DNA of 60,259 nt, counting the filler, from Aduncisulcus paluster (lineage: Eukaryota): the NCBI GenBank assembly GCA_024181965.1. It is 5 parts of 5 records of this genome, joined end to end, with 100 filler letters (N's around TTAATTAATTAA, not from the genome) between each part and the next. Parts side by side here need not be neighbours in the genome. Positions count along the whole stretch, not along the records: positions 9,573 to 22,069 come from BQXS01010822.1; positions 22,170 to 41,457 come from BQXS01010823.1; 3 more parts are not named here. One strand, given 5' to 3'. Shown piece after piece: positions 11,941 to 22,922 of the stretch (positions within the stretch are counted from its first letter, which is position 1; each line of letters opens with the position of its first letter). A model generated the notes under the pieces. It was given only the letters and a program-made list of their open reading frames with translations, had not been told where the DNA came from and made no database searches. The translations under genes and the position numbers were made by a program.

Positions 11941-13321
11941 ATGGGAGGTTGTCAATCAGCCCCTATCGAAGTATGTAGATAATCACTGGGTTTTTATTTA
12001 TATTGTGAAGGTTATTGGTTTATAATCATGTATTTTACAATTATTTTCTATCATTATTATGTATTTACAAATATTCATTTCTTTTTCTGCTATCTTTTCC
12101 ACTTTTCTAGGAGAGTGTCAGATCTCTGGAAAGAGTCCATGGCTTCTCTCGTAAACCACCACTATCCCGTGAAGATCCCGCCATATTAAAAATATCGATC
12201 GAAGAAGCGACCGGATCCGACGAACAACATCCTCCAGAATCCCCCAGTTTTGATGTTTCAGCTAGTGTCCGAAAGATGTTAGGAGGCGTTGGAACCGCGA
12301 CTGCCTCGAACATTTCACTCCCCTTCTGTTCTGTTTGTAATATTAAAGGTGTATATGTGAGTGTTGAGGACTCTTATGATCCTCAATATGAGGTAACTTT
12401 CACCCATTCCGATAAATCGACTTCTGTGAGGAGATATTGCTCTGATTCATCGATGAGACGTGGCGAATGGTACTTCCTATCGGTATCCGCTGATGATGTC
12501 ATTCATTGCACTATCCGAAAGAATTATCCTGATGGTACAATAGTCAATTCTCCTGGGTTTAGAGGATTATTCTTCGTCAGGAATGAAACACCAGCAGAAT
12601 TAAAGGAAAAGGAAGAAAGAAAAACAATAGAAACAGGTGTATGTTGTTTATTTGTATTATTATTTATAATATTTTTGATTTACCACCAATCAATTCATTT
12701 TTTTTTCATTTCTCAACTTGTGTGTCTTTTATTCCGGCAATGTAGAAAGGAATTAGAGCCGTATATGTACGGGAAGGAGACCGTTCCTCCCCCCCAGTTC
12801 CCTCAGGAGACCCCTCAATAATCAGGATAGATCGAGGCAAGATTTGTGGTCGAGATGAGAGTGAAGGCACTGGTTCAGTTTATTATGACAGGTCTGAACT
12901 GGCGAGAGAAATGGTCAAAGGAGTTCAAGATGTCCCTTTCTCGCATCTCACACTCCCCTTTGTCTCTTCCACCCATCTGGAAGGTGTCTATGTCTGCATT
13001 GACCAATTGGCAGGCCCTCCGCATCTTCTTCTGACCTTTATCAACACGAAAGGAGTGAAGATATTCAAGAAGTACATGTTTCTCCAGCCCACTGATTTCC
13101 TCGAGTGGTTCTATATGCCTGTCGACCTGGATGATATTGTGTCCTGCACGATTGAAGGGTGGGAGATTTGGGAGGACAGAGTCCGAGAGCGAGAAGAGTC
13201 GCAGCGAAGGAATTCTTTTGAAACATCCATGCTGTTGAAGTCAGATGTTAGAGTCTTAGAGAAGAGTGGCTATTCATGGCTCGAAGGAATCATATTTGTT
13301 AAAGCTTCTCCTCCACCCTGA
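11941..13321 (+). CDS. Three-exon protein with N-terminal MGGCQS acylation motif and two copies of the repeat module also found on the kinase at 53621 (exons 11941-11970, 12111-12638, 12746-13321)
   Basis: Introns 11971-12110 (GTATGT...CTAG) and 12639-12745 (GTATGT...GTAG) are both phase 0 and join open frames. Motifs SNISLPF..IKGVY..VTFT..EWYFL and SHLTLPF..LEGVYVC..LLLTF..KKYMF..EWFYMPVDL match the kinase repeats. Confidence 0.8.
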
Positions 13322-13875
13322 GCTCTGAGAGATATTCAAATGGGTTTATTTAAAGATTATTTTGATTGTCTCTTATTTATACTTTCTCACAGCTGAGTAT
13401 ATCATCTCAAAACATTGTTTTTAATATCTTTTTTTTTTTTTGTGTGTGTTTTTTTATCTATATATTCTTTCGATTTTCAATATCAATATATTTTATTATT
13501 ATTCCGATTGATTTGTTGGATTCTCAATTCTTCTAGATGTTGCTATATTCTATAAATAGAATATTCTATTTATAGAACAACATAAACACAAATTATCATT
13601 TTTTTATAGGAAATCTCAATCAATTCTATTCCATATCGGCGTGTACAAATTGATTGAATTTTAGACTGTTCAGAAAAAAAAAAAAAAAAACTTTTCTCAG
13701 ATTGTTTTTGGTTATACATCTTATATTATTCTTATATCACTCAAGAAATAAACAAAACTCCGGTTTCTATATTTTGCAATAGATCTATGACCTCTAACAT
13801 AATAAAAATAACTAAAAATATATTGAGAAAGTCTGTCTAAACTATATAAAAAAAATATAACATATTCTGAACTCC

Positions 13876-16800
13876 TCAGTAAGAGGCAATTCCTTTCAGC
13901 AATTCATCGAATCCCCGAATTCCTTCCCCCCCACCTTCCATGCTCTTCTTCAGCTGATCATGCCACTTTATACAAGCATCCATGTCATCTCTAAAGCTAT
14001 AATCGACTAAATTGATGCATTCCTTAATCAAATCACCCAATAATTTCTTTTCTTTCTGGGAAGGTTCACTCTTTGAAGGGACATTACAGAGACAAAACAC
14101 GGCTTCACATATGACATTCAGACAGTCCTCTTGCTCGGAATAAGCCATTTCTCCATCTTGATACTGAGAACTTGAGAGAATAGAATCCTCTTCTTCTTCA
14201 GATCCTGTGCTCATGCGATGGTCACTAACATCTCCAGACAATATATTGTGTTTCTTCTGTTGTTCTGAAGATTCTTGATCAAGCTTCTGTCTTTGCTTTG
14301 ATTCATGTTCTCTCTTCTTCCTCTTCTCTTCCCTTTGGAGACGAATACGACTATCAGTTTTCATTAAACCCCGTATGTGAGTCAAGTCCTCAATAAGCTT
14401 GTTCCAGACACACACTTTCAACAGATCGTCAATCAACTTACTGAAAGACATTCCAACCATCTCTGGGGACATCCTAACACCACCGGTCGAATGCTTTGGA
14501 TTGTCCCTTTCCTGTGATTGGGACTGAAGCGAGCTGTTCTGGAATAATTGCTGTTCCATCATATTTGACCGGACAGCATAGATCTTGTTATGGGCACGTT
14601 GAGCCAGGAGAATGGCTTCCTTATACTTTCTTCCACAAACACATGCACAGATACCAACACACACGCATGTCTGGCTGATTGGAGTATGATCTGTGACAAA
14701 CTCACTGAAACGCAGAGGGTGGACTTCATGCTGGCAGCAGGAGAGCAGAGAGATGAACAAGTGAAGGTTGGACAAAAGAAGAGATGTTAAAGAAGGTACA
14801 GGGGATGGTGAAAGAGGAGGCTTGTCAGTTTTTTCCTCTCCTACTTGCTTTCTTTTCTCATTCTCTTCTTCCTCATGCACACGAGCAGCCACTTTTATCA
14901 CTGAATCCATCTGAGGGGAATAATCACATACGTTACACAGTAGACTCGAGGAGAGAGGGGAGAAGATCAACGGGAGTGAATCAGAAAAGGAAGAAGAAGA
15001 GGAAGAGGAAGCATCGGTGAAGGTTTTCTGAATGGTCTCATCTTTTCTAATCCGATCAACGAGATCATATCTATTTTTAGACACCATAGCAATTGGATAT
15101 AACATCAATCTCAGCATATCTTCTTCGTTCCATCTCCATGGAGTCTCGGCTATCTCGTAAAGAATCTCACGTGTCAACCCCCCTTGTTCGTAGATCAGAG
15201 GAGCCAAGGGGGTCAGTAATAACCTATACGAGGACTCAATGGAGAGTGTTTTGCTGCACAAATGAGTGAGATGAAGGGCAAGTTGAGTGGAGGCAAGTAG
15301 ATCGTGGGCAAGCGATAGCGAGAATGTCAGCAGGGAGGCGATATGGGACCCATTCAAGAGAGTAGGGTGCTCATCAAGCTGAGATAGAAGACCAGATGAG
15401 AGTGATGTGAGTGTTCCTTGAAGATCCTCTCCAATTATGGGAACAGATAAGGATGAGGAAAGCAACAGAGATGTCAGGGAAGGTGGAGATTCATAGGCGA
15501 AGGATAACACTTTAGTTGGGGTTGTCTCTTCCACTCGAAGCTCTGGTTGACCATCTTGAGATATCTGATGTTTCATATCACCTTGACTACTGTTCGTGGC
15601 ATCACTGACCGATGAGTATGGATTGGCACTTCCTTCGTCATCAATTCTACGCGGTTCTTTCATTCCAGACTCAGGTCTTCCAGTGCGTTGGATACCACGA
15701 TATTGATCCTTTGCAGAAGTGACATCCAATTCATCGAGGAATTTTGGGTGCTCCCTCTTTCTCATTTTCTTCATATCGATGTCACCTATATCCTCCTCTT
15801 CACCTTCCTCAAGCTCTTCCTCTTCCATTTCGTCTCCCATAAGTGTGCTCATCTCTTTCCACACACCCTCACAGACACATCTAAGGAATTCACAGTGAGT
15901 CGTGTAAAGTTTGATGCGGTCTTCATTCACAGCCCTGGCGATCTGGTTCACAGAGACGATCCTAAAAGGACCCAAGCGTTCTATCTGTTCCTCAAAGAAC
16001 TCATGCGTGCATAACTCAAGGCATCTCTGACGTGAATCGAGACGAGTCATATTGGCAACAGTGGCTGTTCGAAGGATCTTTCTGCATGTTGAGAAGAGGA
16101 AAGGGAGAGAGGAGAAAGGGGGAGGAAGGAAAGTGACCGGGAGTGAATCTTGCGTCGATACCAAATTAGTCCTTGTCCCATAGCCCAAAAGCTCGAGAGA
16201 GGGCTCAGGATCAGTGATAACAGTGAGCAGCTTCTTACTCTCATCCAACAAACTCTGAATACCTTGCTTTTTATCCCCCAAGAATAGAGATCTACCCGCA
16301 GTGGCATTCAAATATGCCATATCTGTGGAATTAAAAGGTGGAAGGTGGGCACGTTTAGTCAGATCGGGGTAATACGAGAAAACCTGTGGAACCTTATGAA
16401 AACTCTCCTCATCTTCTTCTTGGAGATCCCCACCAACACGAGAATCATCCAATCTCCCCTTCAAGATACTAAATGGTTGAAGATATGATTCACTTATTGG
16501 TGCTTTCTGAGCTAATTCCTCTGGTTTCTTTGAGTGAGATGACACTTGAGATGTTGTTGGTGGGTTTATATTGATGCCAACAAGAGTATCATGGGCCCAG
16601 CAAAGAGCAGTGACGATCCCTGGGATACCACTGAGTTTTGTCTTTCTCTTCCTCTCGATATGTTCAGAGAACCCATCTGAAAAAGAGAGAATGGAGGAGA
16701 CTTCACATCCTTCCTGTTGTACATGTGAATCCATCATTCCCATACTACTCTTCTTTCTGTCTCTATAATGAGGATCATACGATACCCTTGAGAAAGGGTC

Positions 16801-18111
16801 AATGATATCATATTTGTTTGGGAATATAGTAGAAGAGGAAGCTGTTGAAGAGGAACCATCAGAACCACCATAAGATGATACAGTGTGGATGGATGTAGCA
16901 GCATACGAAGAGCCAGAAGATGAAGAGTGGTACGAACCAACTCCAGTGCGATTGGAAGAAGAGGAGGAGACAGATGTGGCCATGCTAGCAGGGTATTTCA
17001 TCCTACTGCCTTCTTCATCCCCTCCAGATATCTTTGTCTTGTGCCAGGAGTCCATGATACATTTTGACATCCCAGACCATCCTTGTTCGAGATCCCAGAA
17101 CCCTCCACTTCCCTGTAATCCACTCATTGGACGTCCTTCTTGATATTTACAGCACTTGTAAAGGTCCCAAATGTCAATACAGCCAGTGGTAGTCCCACAT
17201 GCCATAATGGAAGGGAGGGAAGGATGGAAACAGATGTCAGAGATGGCTCCGGATGACTCACTGGAACACACTTGGGCAGGTCTCGCAGTCGATCGAATGT
17301 CCCAGAGGAGCACATGTCCCTTTTCAGTTCCAGAGACAAAGAAATGAGGCATGAGAGGGGCAAACTTCACAACAGTTGGGGTATTACCGTGCGTTATTGT
17401 CTTTACACTTACTTGGTGCTTACATACACGGGTATCAATGAGAGCGACGGCACCTGCACAGCAAGAGAGGCAGAGAGAAGGGTCAAGGGGTGAGAAGTCA
17501 GCATAGGTAAAAGGTACATGCGGTAAGGAGTGAATAGCCGGTGGTATTAACGATAATGTAGTCATAGATCCGGTTCGAATGCGCTGTTCTGTCACTGGCT
17601 TTGTACTCCCTGATTTTAAGTCGAAGATACCAATTCCATCTTCACTCACACAAACTCCAGAAGCTCCAATTGAGTTAATAGCGATGAAACTAATATCTCC
17701 CGCAAGTTTTTGAGTCTGAAGAGTGAGAGAAGGGCTCACAGCGACATCTTGAAGGTGGGAGACATGATGAATTGATGATTCAGAAGGAAACAATTCATCT
17801 AAAATATTATTATATACTGAAATTTCTGATTTTTTGGAAGTCATTAATGTCGTGGAACACATCGCAATATGGCTAGGTTCTTCAGGAAGAGACAAAGTTC
17901 CAACTTGTTTCACAACGGGCCGAATTGAAGACGAAGAAGATATTGAATAGATAAATAAGTCTGATTTATAATTGCATGCAGTGATTGTCGATAAATCATT
18001 CCGCAAAAAGGTCGAGATACAATTGAAAGGAGGGACATAAACATCTACGGGATTAAATAAACAATGAGAATCATTAATATCCCTCCAACAGGATATTGAA
18101 CTTGGTATCAT
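13876..18111 (-). CDS. Large WD40-repeat protein (1411 aa), orthology unclear
   Basis: WD40 repeats FFVSGTEKGHVLLWDIRS and IMACGTTTGCIDIWDL in the N-terminal third, followed by Ser-rich inserts and a predicted helical C-terminal region. Confidence 0.75.
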   Translation of the reverse strand: MIPSSISCWRDINDSHCLFNPVDVYVPPFNCISTFLRNDLSTITACNYKSDLFIYSISSSSSIRPVVKQVGTLSLPEEPSHIAMCSTTLMTSKKSEISVYNNILDELFPSESSIHHVSHLQDVAVSPSLTLQTQKLAGDISFIAINSIGASGVCVSEDGIGIFDLKSGSTKPVTEQRIRTGSMTTLSLIPPAIHSLPHVPFTYADFSPLDPSLCLSCCAGAVALIDTRVCKHQVSVKTITHGNTPTVVKFAPLMPHFFVSGTEKGHVLLWDIRSTARPAQVCSSESSGAISDICFHPSLPSIMACGTTTGCIDIWDLYKCCKYQEGRPMSGLQGSGGFWDLEQGWSGMSKCIMDSWHKTKISGGDEEGSRMKYPASMATSVSSSSSNRTGVGSYHSSSSGSSYAATSIHTVSSYGGSDGSSSTASSSTIFPNKYDIIDPFSRVSYDPHYRDRKKSSMGMMDSHVQQEGCEVSSILSFSDGFSEHIERKRKTKLSGIPGIVTALCWAHDTLVGININPPTTSQVSSHSKKPEELAQKAPISESYLQPFSILKGRLDDSRVGGDLQEEDEESFHKVPQVFSYYPDLTKRAHLPPFNSTDMAYLNATAGRSLFLGDKKQGIQSLLDESKKLLTVITDPEPSLELLGYGTRTNLVSTQDSLPVTFLPPPFSSLPFLFSTCRKILRTATVANMTRLDSRQRCLELCTHEFFEEQIERLGPFRIVSVNQIARAVNEDRIKLYTTHCEFLRCVCEGVWKEMSTLMGDEMEEEELEEGEEEDIGDIDMKKMRKREHPKFLDELDVTSAKDQYRGIQRTGRPESGMKEPRRIDDEGSANPYSSVSDATNSSQGDMKHQISQDGQPELRVEETTPTKVLSFAYESPPSLTSLLLSSSLSVPIIGEDLQGTLTSLSSGLLSQLDEHPTLLNGSHIASLLTFSLSLAHDLLASTQLALHLTHLCSKTLSIESSYRLLLTPLAPLIYEQGGLTREILYEIAETPWRWNEEDMLRLMLYPIAMVSKNRYDLVDRIRKDETIQKTFTDASSSSSSSFSDSLPLIFSPLSSSLLCNVCDYSPQMDSVIKVAARVHEEEENEKRKQVGEEKTDKPPLSPSPVPSLTSLLLSNLHLFISLLSCCQHEVHPLRFSEFVTDHTPISQTCVCVGICACVCGRKYKEAILLAQRAHNKIYAVRSNMMEQQLFQNSSLQSQSQERDNPKHSTGGVRMSPEMVGMSFSKLIDDLLKVCVWNKLIEDLTHIRGLMKTDSRIRLQREEKRKKREHESKQRQKLDQESSEQQKKHNILSGDVSDHRMSTGSEEEEDSILSSSQYQDGEMAYSEQEDCLNVICEAVFCLCNVPSKSEPSQKEKKLLGDLIKECINLVDYSFRDDMDACIKWHDQLKKSMEGGGEGIRGFDELLKGIASY

Positions 18112-18234
18112 TAATTATCTTTGTTATTATTTTGTGAAAAAAGGGGTATTCCCGAGAAAACGACATTTTCATTTTTTGTGAGTGTCGGAATGTGGCAATT
18201 AAATAATTCATGTTTGTGGTGGATTGAGTCAACC

Positions 18235-18726
18235 ATGGTTCAAAAAAAGATAAAAAAAACTATAAAGAGGAAAAAAAAGAAGTTATCTGCCGATAAAATT
18301 ATAAAATCATCTGAATTGAGGGTATCTGAAAAGAAATTGGCTAAGAAGGAAGATAAAGCGATTAAAGAGATTGAAGAACTCATTAAAGATGAATCTGAGA
18401 AGATGACTAAAGAAAAAGACGCTAAAATAGAATCATTGAAGGAAATAGACGGTACTGATGTTGAAGATCTTGAGATGATTGAAGGAGTTTATAAAGCATT
18501 GAAGGAACATAAAAAGTCAAAAAAGAAATTATCAAAGAAGGAAAAAGAGTTAAAAGATACTGAGTTAAAGAAAAAGAGAGGATTAGATCCCTTGAAAGGT
18601 CTTCCTAAGAGTGGGAAAAGAGCATATACTGATGATGGATTGCCGATATATACAGAAGAAGAACTCAAAATTGGACAAGGTGGCGATACTCCTTTGTGCC
18701 CATTTGATTGCGACTGCTGTTTCTGA
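18235..18726 (+). CDS. DUF1764-family protein
   Basis: Lys-rich body with the family's characteristic C-terminus YTDDGLPIYTEEELKIGQGGDTPLCPFDCDCCF; likely ATG at 18235. Confidence 0.85.
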   Translation: MVQKKIKKTIKRKKKKLSADKIIKSSELRVSEKKLAKKEDKAIKEIEELIKDESEKMTKEKDAKIESLKEIDGTDVEDLEMIEGVYKALKEHKKSKKKLSKKEKELKDTELKKKRGLDPLKGLPKSGKRAYTDDGLPIYTEEELKIGQGGDTPLCPFDCDCCF

Positions 18727-18872
18727 GCTTTTGGCTTAAACCGTTTCAAATTTATTTATAGATCGTTGATTTTATTTTGCTTTTGCATTTTAAATAAAAT
18801 TTATGCATCATTTTCCCTCATTTATGTTTTTTTCACCTCCCAAACTTGTCAATGCCTTCTTTGTAACCTACA

Positions 18873-21800
18873 ATGTATATTCGCAATCTAATTCTTGAAG
18901 GATTCAAGAGTTATTCAAAAAAGACGGTTGTAGGAAACCTCAGCCGTCATTTAAATTGTATCACAGGTATGTTTCCGGATTACCTAATTTATATGTGTAA
19001 ATACAGCGTTGCATCTAATATTATTTGTAAATTTTTCTTTTTTAGGGCGAAATGGAAGTGGAAAGTCCAATATTTTTGATGCTTTATGCTTTGTTCTTGG
19101 TCTATCAAAAATCAAACAAATGAGAGCTGATGGCCTACGCGGTTTAGTTTACAATCATGGAAGTACCGGTGTTCAAACAGCTACAGTTTCTCTAGTCCTT
19201 GATAATTCTGATAATTCATCATCTCCCCTGGAATACAAAGGGTGTGATGAGATCACCGTAGTGCGTCAAATTATATTAAAAAGTAACAAATCTCAAACTA
19301 AATGTTTAATCAATGGCAAAGTCAAATCAACAACGGAATTAAAACGTTTTTTCGCAACTGTTCACCTCGATATCGAACATCCCAATTTCCTTATCCTTCA
19401 AGGAACTATCAGACGTATTAAAGACATGAAACCCCTTGAATTGCTTGATTATTTGCAAGAAACAGCAGGAACTAGACAATTTATTGAGGAGAAAGAAAAA
19501 GCCACTCGGGATCTTGAGAAGAAAGAGAAAAAGCTTAAAAGTATTGATGAAATGATAGAACAGCAAATGCAACCCGAATTAGAAAAATTACGAACCCATT
19601 TGGAAGCCCAAAAACGTTTAAAATCCCTTCGACTCGATCTCCAAAGACTCAAAGATAGAAATTTTGCCAGAAGATTCATTGACCTTCAATCTCAGCTCAG
19701 AAACCCCAATAAGTATGCCGAACAATTAAAAAAGCTTGAATTACAAGAGACTTCCATCATAGCTGAGCTTGACAATATTGAATCCATTCTTGAAGAACTT
19801 AGAAGTGAATTGACTGAATCGTTATTGAAAGAAGTGTCGAAGCTGGAGAAACAGATTGAAGATAAGGAAGATGCCCGCGATTCCATGCAAGATCGCCTGA
19901 AGAGGAAAACGGATACATTGAAGCGTCAGAATAGTTCCCTTCATTCATTTTCTTCTAGATCCACAGAGCTCGAGGAAATATTAGCTTCTAAAATGGAATC
20001 CTTGTCTTTTTTAAACACATCTATCTCCTCTCTCAAACACTCGCTTCGCTTAGCCATTGAAAGTGAAAATGTGGCAGATAAGACCCTCCGAGAGCTGATT
20101 GGAGAAATAGGAACTTCAAAGAGCAAGAAGAGCAAGATAAAGAGAAGAGGGAAAAAGTCAAGGAAAGAGGAGGAAGAAGACGAAGAGAGAAGAAGAAGAA
20201 GAAGAAGAAGAAGAAGAAGGACAGACAGTTGTCGATGTATTTGCTGCTTTGCAACGGGATATTGACAAGTTAAGACGTACTATATCGTCTCTGAAAAAGA
20301 AGAAAGAGAAGAGAGATGTAAGGTTAGCTGCAATCTCACAATCAATCAGCACTCAAAAGAAACAAGTCCAGAAAATGAAAGAAACCAAGGTTAAACGGGA
20401 TTCCATAAATGCCCAGATCGCAGAACTTGAGCAGTCCTTGGCCGAGTCTAAGTCAACCACTGAAGATGCTCTCCTTGTGCCCTCTTCTCTGCCTGCTCTC
20501 CTCTCTGAAAGATCAAAGCACCAACGTTCTTCCGCTCAGCTTAGAAGTTCCCTTGATCGTCATTACACTCGTTATAACAAGTCTGCGGTCTCTGGCTCTC
20601 CATCTCACATTGTGTACGGCATTCTTGCCGAGCTCATTGAATGTAAATATCCGGATAATCCCGCCTTTAATCGTGTACTTGAGATTGTTGCTGGTGGTGC
20701 TCTTGAAGCCATTGTTACAAACACCCAAGAGACTGCATCATTACTCGTAGATAAAGGAAAGATGAGCAGACGAACGACTATCCTTCCCTTGAATTCTCTT
20801 CACGTCAAGAAGGCCACTCAGAAAGCCTCTTCTTCTTCTTCCTCATCCAATCCACTCCCGTGTTTAGCATCTAACCTTGTGAGTTACCCTCCTCATCTCA
20901 AACCTGTGGTCGATTATGTATTCGGACGTGTTCTTGTGATCGAAAAGGAAAGTGACGCGAAATTACAGAGATACGCAAGGGTACCAGCGTTTATCACCCT
21001 ATCAGGAACTGAGATTCGAAGAGATGGATTTGTGAAAGGAGGATCAAGGCCATCTGAGGGAAGAGGATCTGGTCATATTATGTCAAGATTCTTGCAACTC
21101 CGACGTGAGAGGAAACTCTTGGAAGAATCACAGGAAAAGATAGAAAAAGAGCAAAGGAGAATCGAACAGAAACGTGAAAGAGAAGTAGAAAAGGAAAAGA
21201 AGGAAGCGAAACTTGCAGAACTTCGCCATTCTTTGGCCTTGTTGGAATCTCCTGATCTCATTGAAATATCTGAACTTATTGAAGAACAAAAACATCTTGA
21301 GAAAGAAAATGAGAAAGATTCCCATAAATTGATAGAATTAGACCAAGAATTGATATCCAAGGAATCTGAGGCGAAATCTCTTGAAAAAGTTGTCAATGCG
21401 TCCACTGAAGAGAAAAAGCAGTTAATTGAAGAAGCAAGAGCAAATAGATTTAAAAAGGGCGACGAGAAACGGAGAATTGAAGCCGATTTGAAGAAAAAAG
21501 TGGCACAAGAAGAAGTATTGAAAGAAGAGATTACTTCTCTTGAGTTAGAGTCAACAAAAGTCAAGGATAAATTGAATGAAATCGATGATTCCATCAAGAC
21601 CCTTTCGAAAGAAATTGAATCACTTGAAAAATCCAAACAAGACATTCAGAATGAGCTTGATATCTTAGTCCCTGAACACTCCTCGCTTGTTCAGAACAAG
21701 CAAGGAAATGAGAAAGAAGCTGCCAACCACGAACAAAGGAAGAGCAAACTGAAAGGAGAATTGGGAGAAATGAAAACAAGAATGGCCGATCTTAAGGAGA

Positions 21801-22069
21801 AAAAGAAAGGCGAGGAAGGTGAGAGGAAGAAAATGGAACTTGAAATGCGCGGAATCATGAAACGTGTTCCTATTTTGGGTAATGAGAAAGTTTTTGAAGG
21901 AGAAGGAAAATTTGCCGATCTTTCTTCCCAGACTAAAACCGACCAAGCCACTGAGTTGGAAGAACTCAAACGAGTGCAGTGTGAGTTCGTGCGACTCGTT
22001 AAGGAATATGGAGGTGAAAATCGTCAAACCCAAAAATCCAAGAAAGACGGAAAGAAGAAGAAGAAAGAT
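18873..22069 (+). CDS. SMC2: Condensin subunit SMC2 (intron 18967-19045; apparent +1 frameshift near 20188; 3'-truncated)
   Basis: MYIRNLILEGFKSY; splicing restores Walker A ITGRNGSGKSNIFDALCFVLG; SMC2-type HPNFLILQGTIRRIKDMKPLELL..ETAGT; coiled coil; hinge LEIVAGGAL...RRTTILPLN...DYVFGRVLV. Confidence 0.9.
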
Positions 22070-22169
22070 NNNNNNNNNNNNNNNNNNNNNNNNNNNNNNN
22101 NNNNNNNNNNNNNTTAATTAATTAANNNNNNNNNNNNNNNNNNNNNNNNNNNNNNNNNNNNNNNNNNNN
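22070..22169. other. Artificial contig spacer
   Basis: N44-TTAATTAATTAA-N44. Confidence 0.97.
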
Positions 22170-22850
22170 GCTCCTAATCCTGGAGCGCGGGACACCACCG
22201 CTTTGAATGTAGTAACGTAATTGATAAATGAAGTGATAGACATGTCGTGTTCCATATGGATGACCGATAATTCCGTGTGTAGGTCAAATGACGAGGAAGG
22301 GGCATCTAATTCAATGAGCTTTTTCTTAAATTCGGCTAGCTCAGACTCATTAGAAATTGTTTTTATACCTGTTACGAGTTGTAGTGCGGCCAAAAGAGGA
22401 GGATCGAAAAGTCGATGCCATTGAGTTGGTCTGATAACAGAGGGATCAGCTTTGTAAGCCTCGTAACGAGTAAAAAATTCGGTCAAATTTTTCAAAGAAT
22501 ACTCCTTTAAAGTAGGAACTTCGACACGAGATGAGGTAATATTGGTCGTGGGGCTTGGCATAACAATAATATTATTGTTGGTTTAATAACCTTTATGATG
22601 ATGGTGGAGCAAATTTACTAGTTTGAGAATAAAAGAATGCGCGAAGAAAGGTAAAATATAGTCTGTAAAGAAACACAAAAACTTTCAAATATGATCTTCG
22701 GTAATAGGATGGTAATAGACATTCTGATATCGAAGTAAATATATTAATTAAAATCGTATTATAAAATATATATTAAATATTCAATAATAATACTCCTTAA
22801 AGAAAATAATAAAAACGTCTGCTTTTGGCAACAGCCGTGTTATTCTAACA
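22170..22850 (-). mobile_element. Putative LTR-retrotransposon 5' end with gag-like ORF (22561 to contig edge)
   Basis: ORF MPSPTT...VPTLKEYSLKNLTEFFTRYEAY...SITSFINYVTTFKAVV resembles a retrotransposon capsid. The minus strand from 22850 begins TGTTAGAATA, a typical LTR start. It sits at a contig end, as repeats often do. No pol gene or second LTR is visible. Confidence 0.45.
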
Positions 22851-22922
22851 AATGATAAAATTGATGAAATTGCCATAAAAATACGGAAAGATGAAGAATT
22901 TGAAGAAGTTGAAAGGGAAGAA

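Noticed and set aside
11549-12025. Short AT-rich ORFs at 11549-11746 and 11765-12025
   Set aside because: Low-complexity intergenic or intronic sequence; the real exon is 11941-11970 in another frame.
22716-22735. CGATATCAGAAT (minus strand) as a tRNA-iMet primer-binding site
   Set aside because: It lacks the required TGG start and an adjacent LTR-terminal CA.
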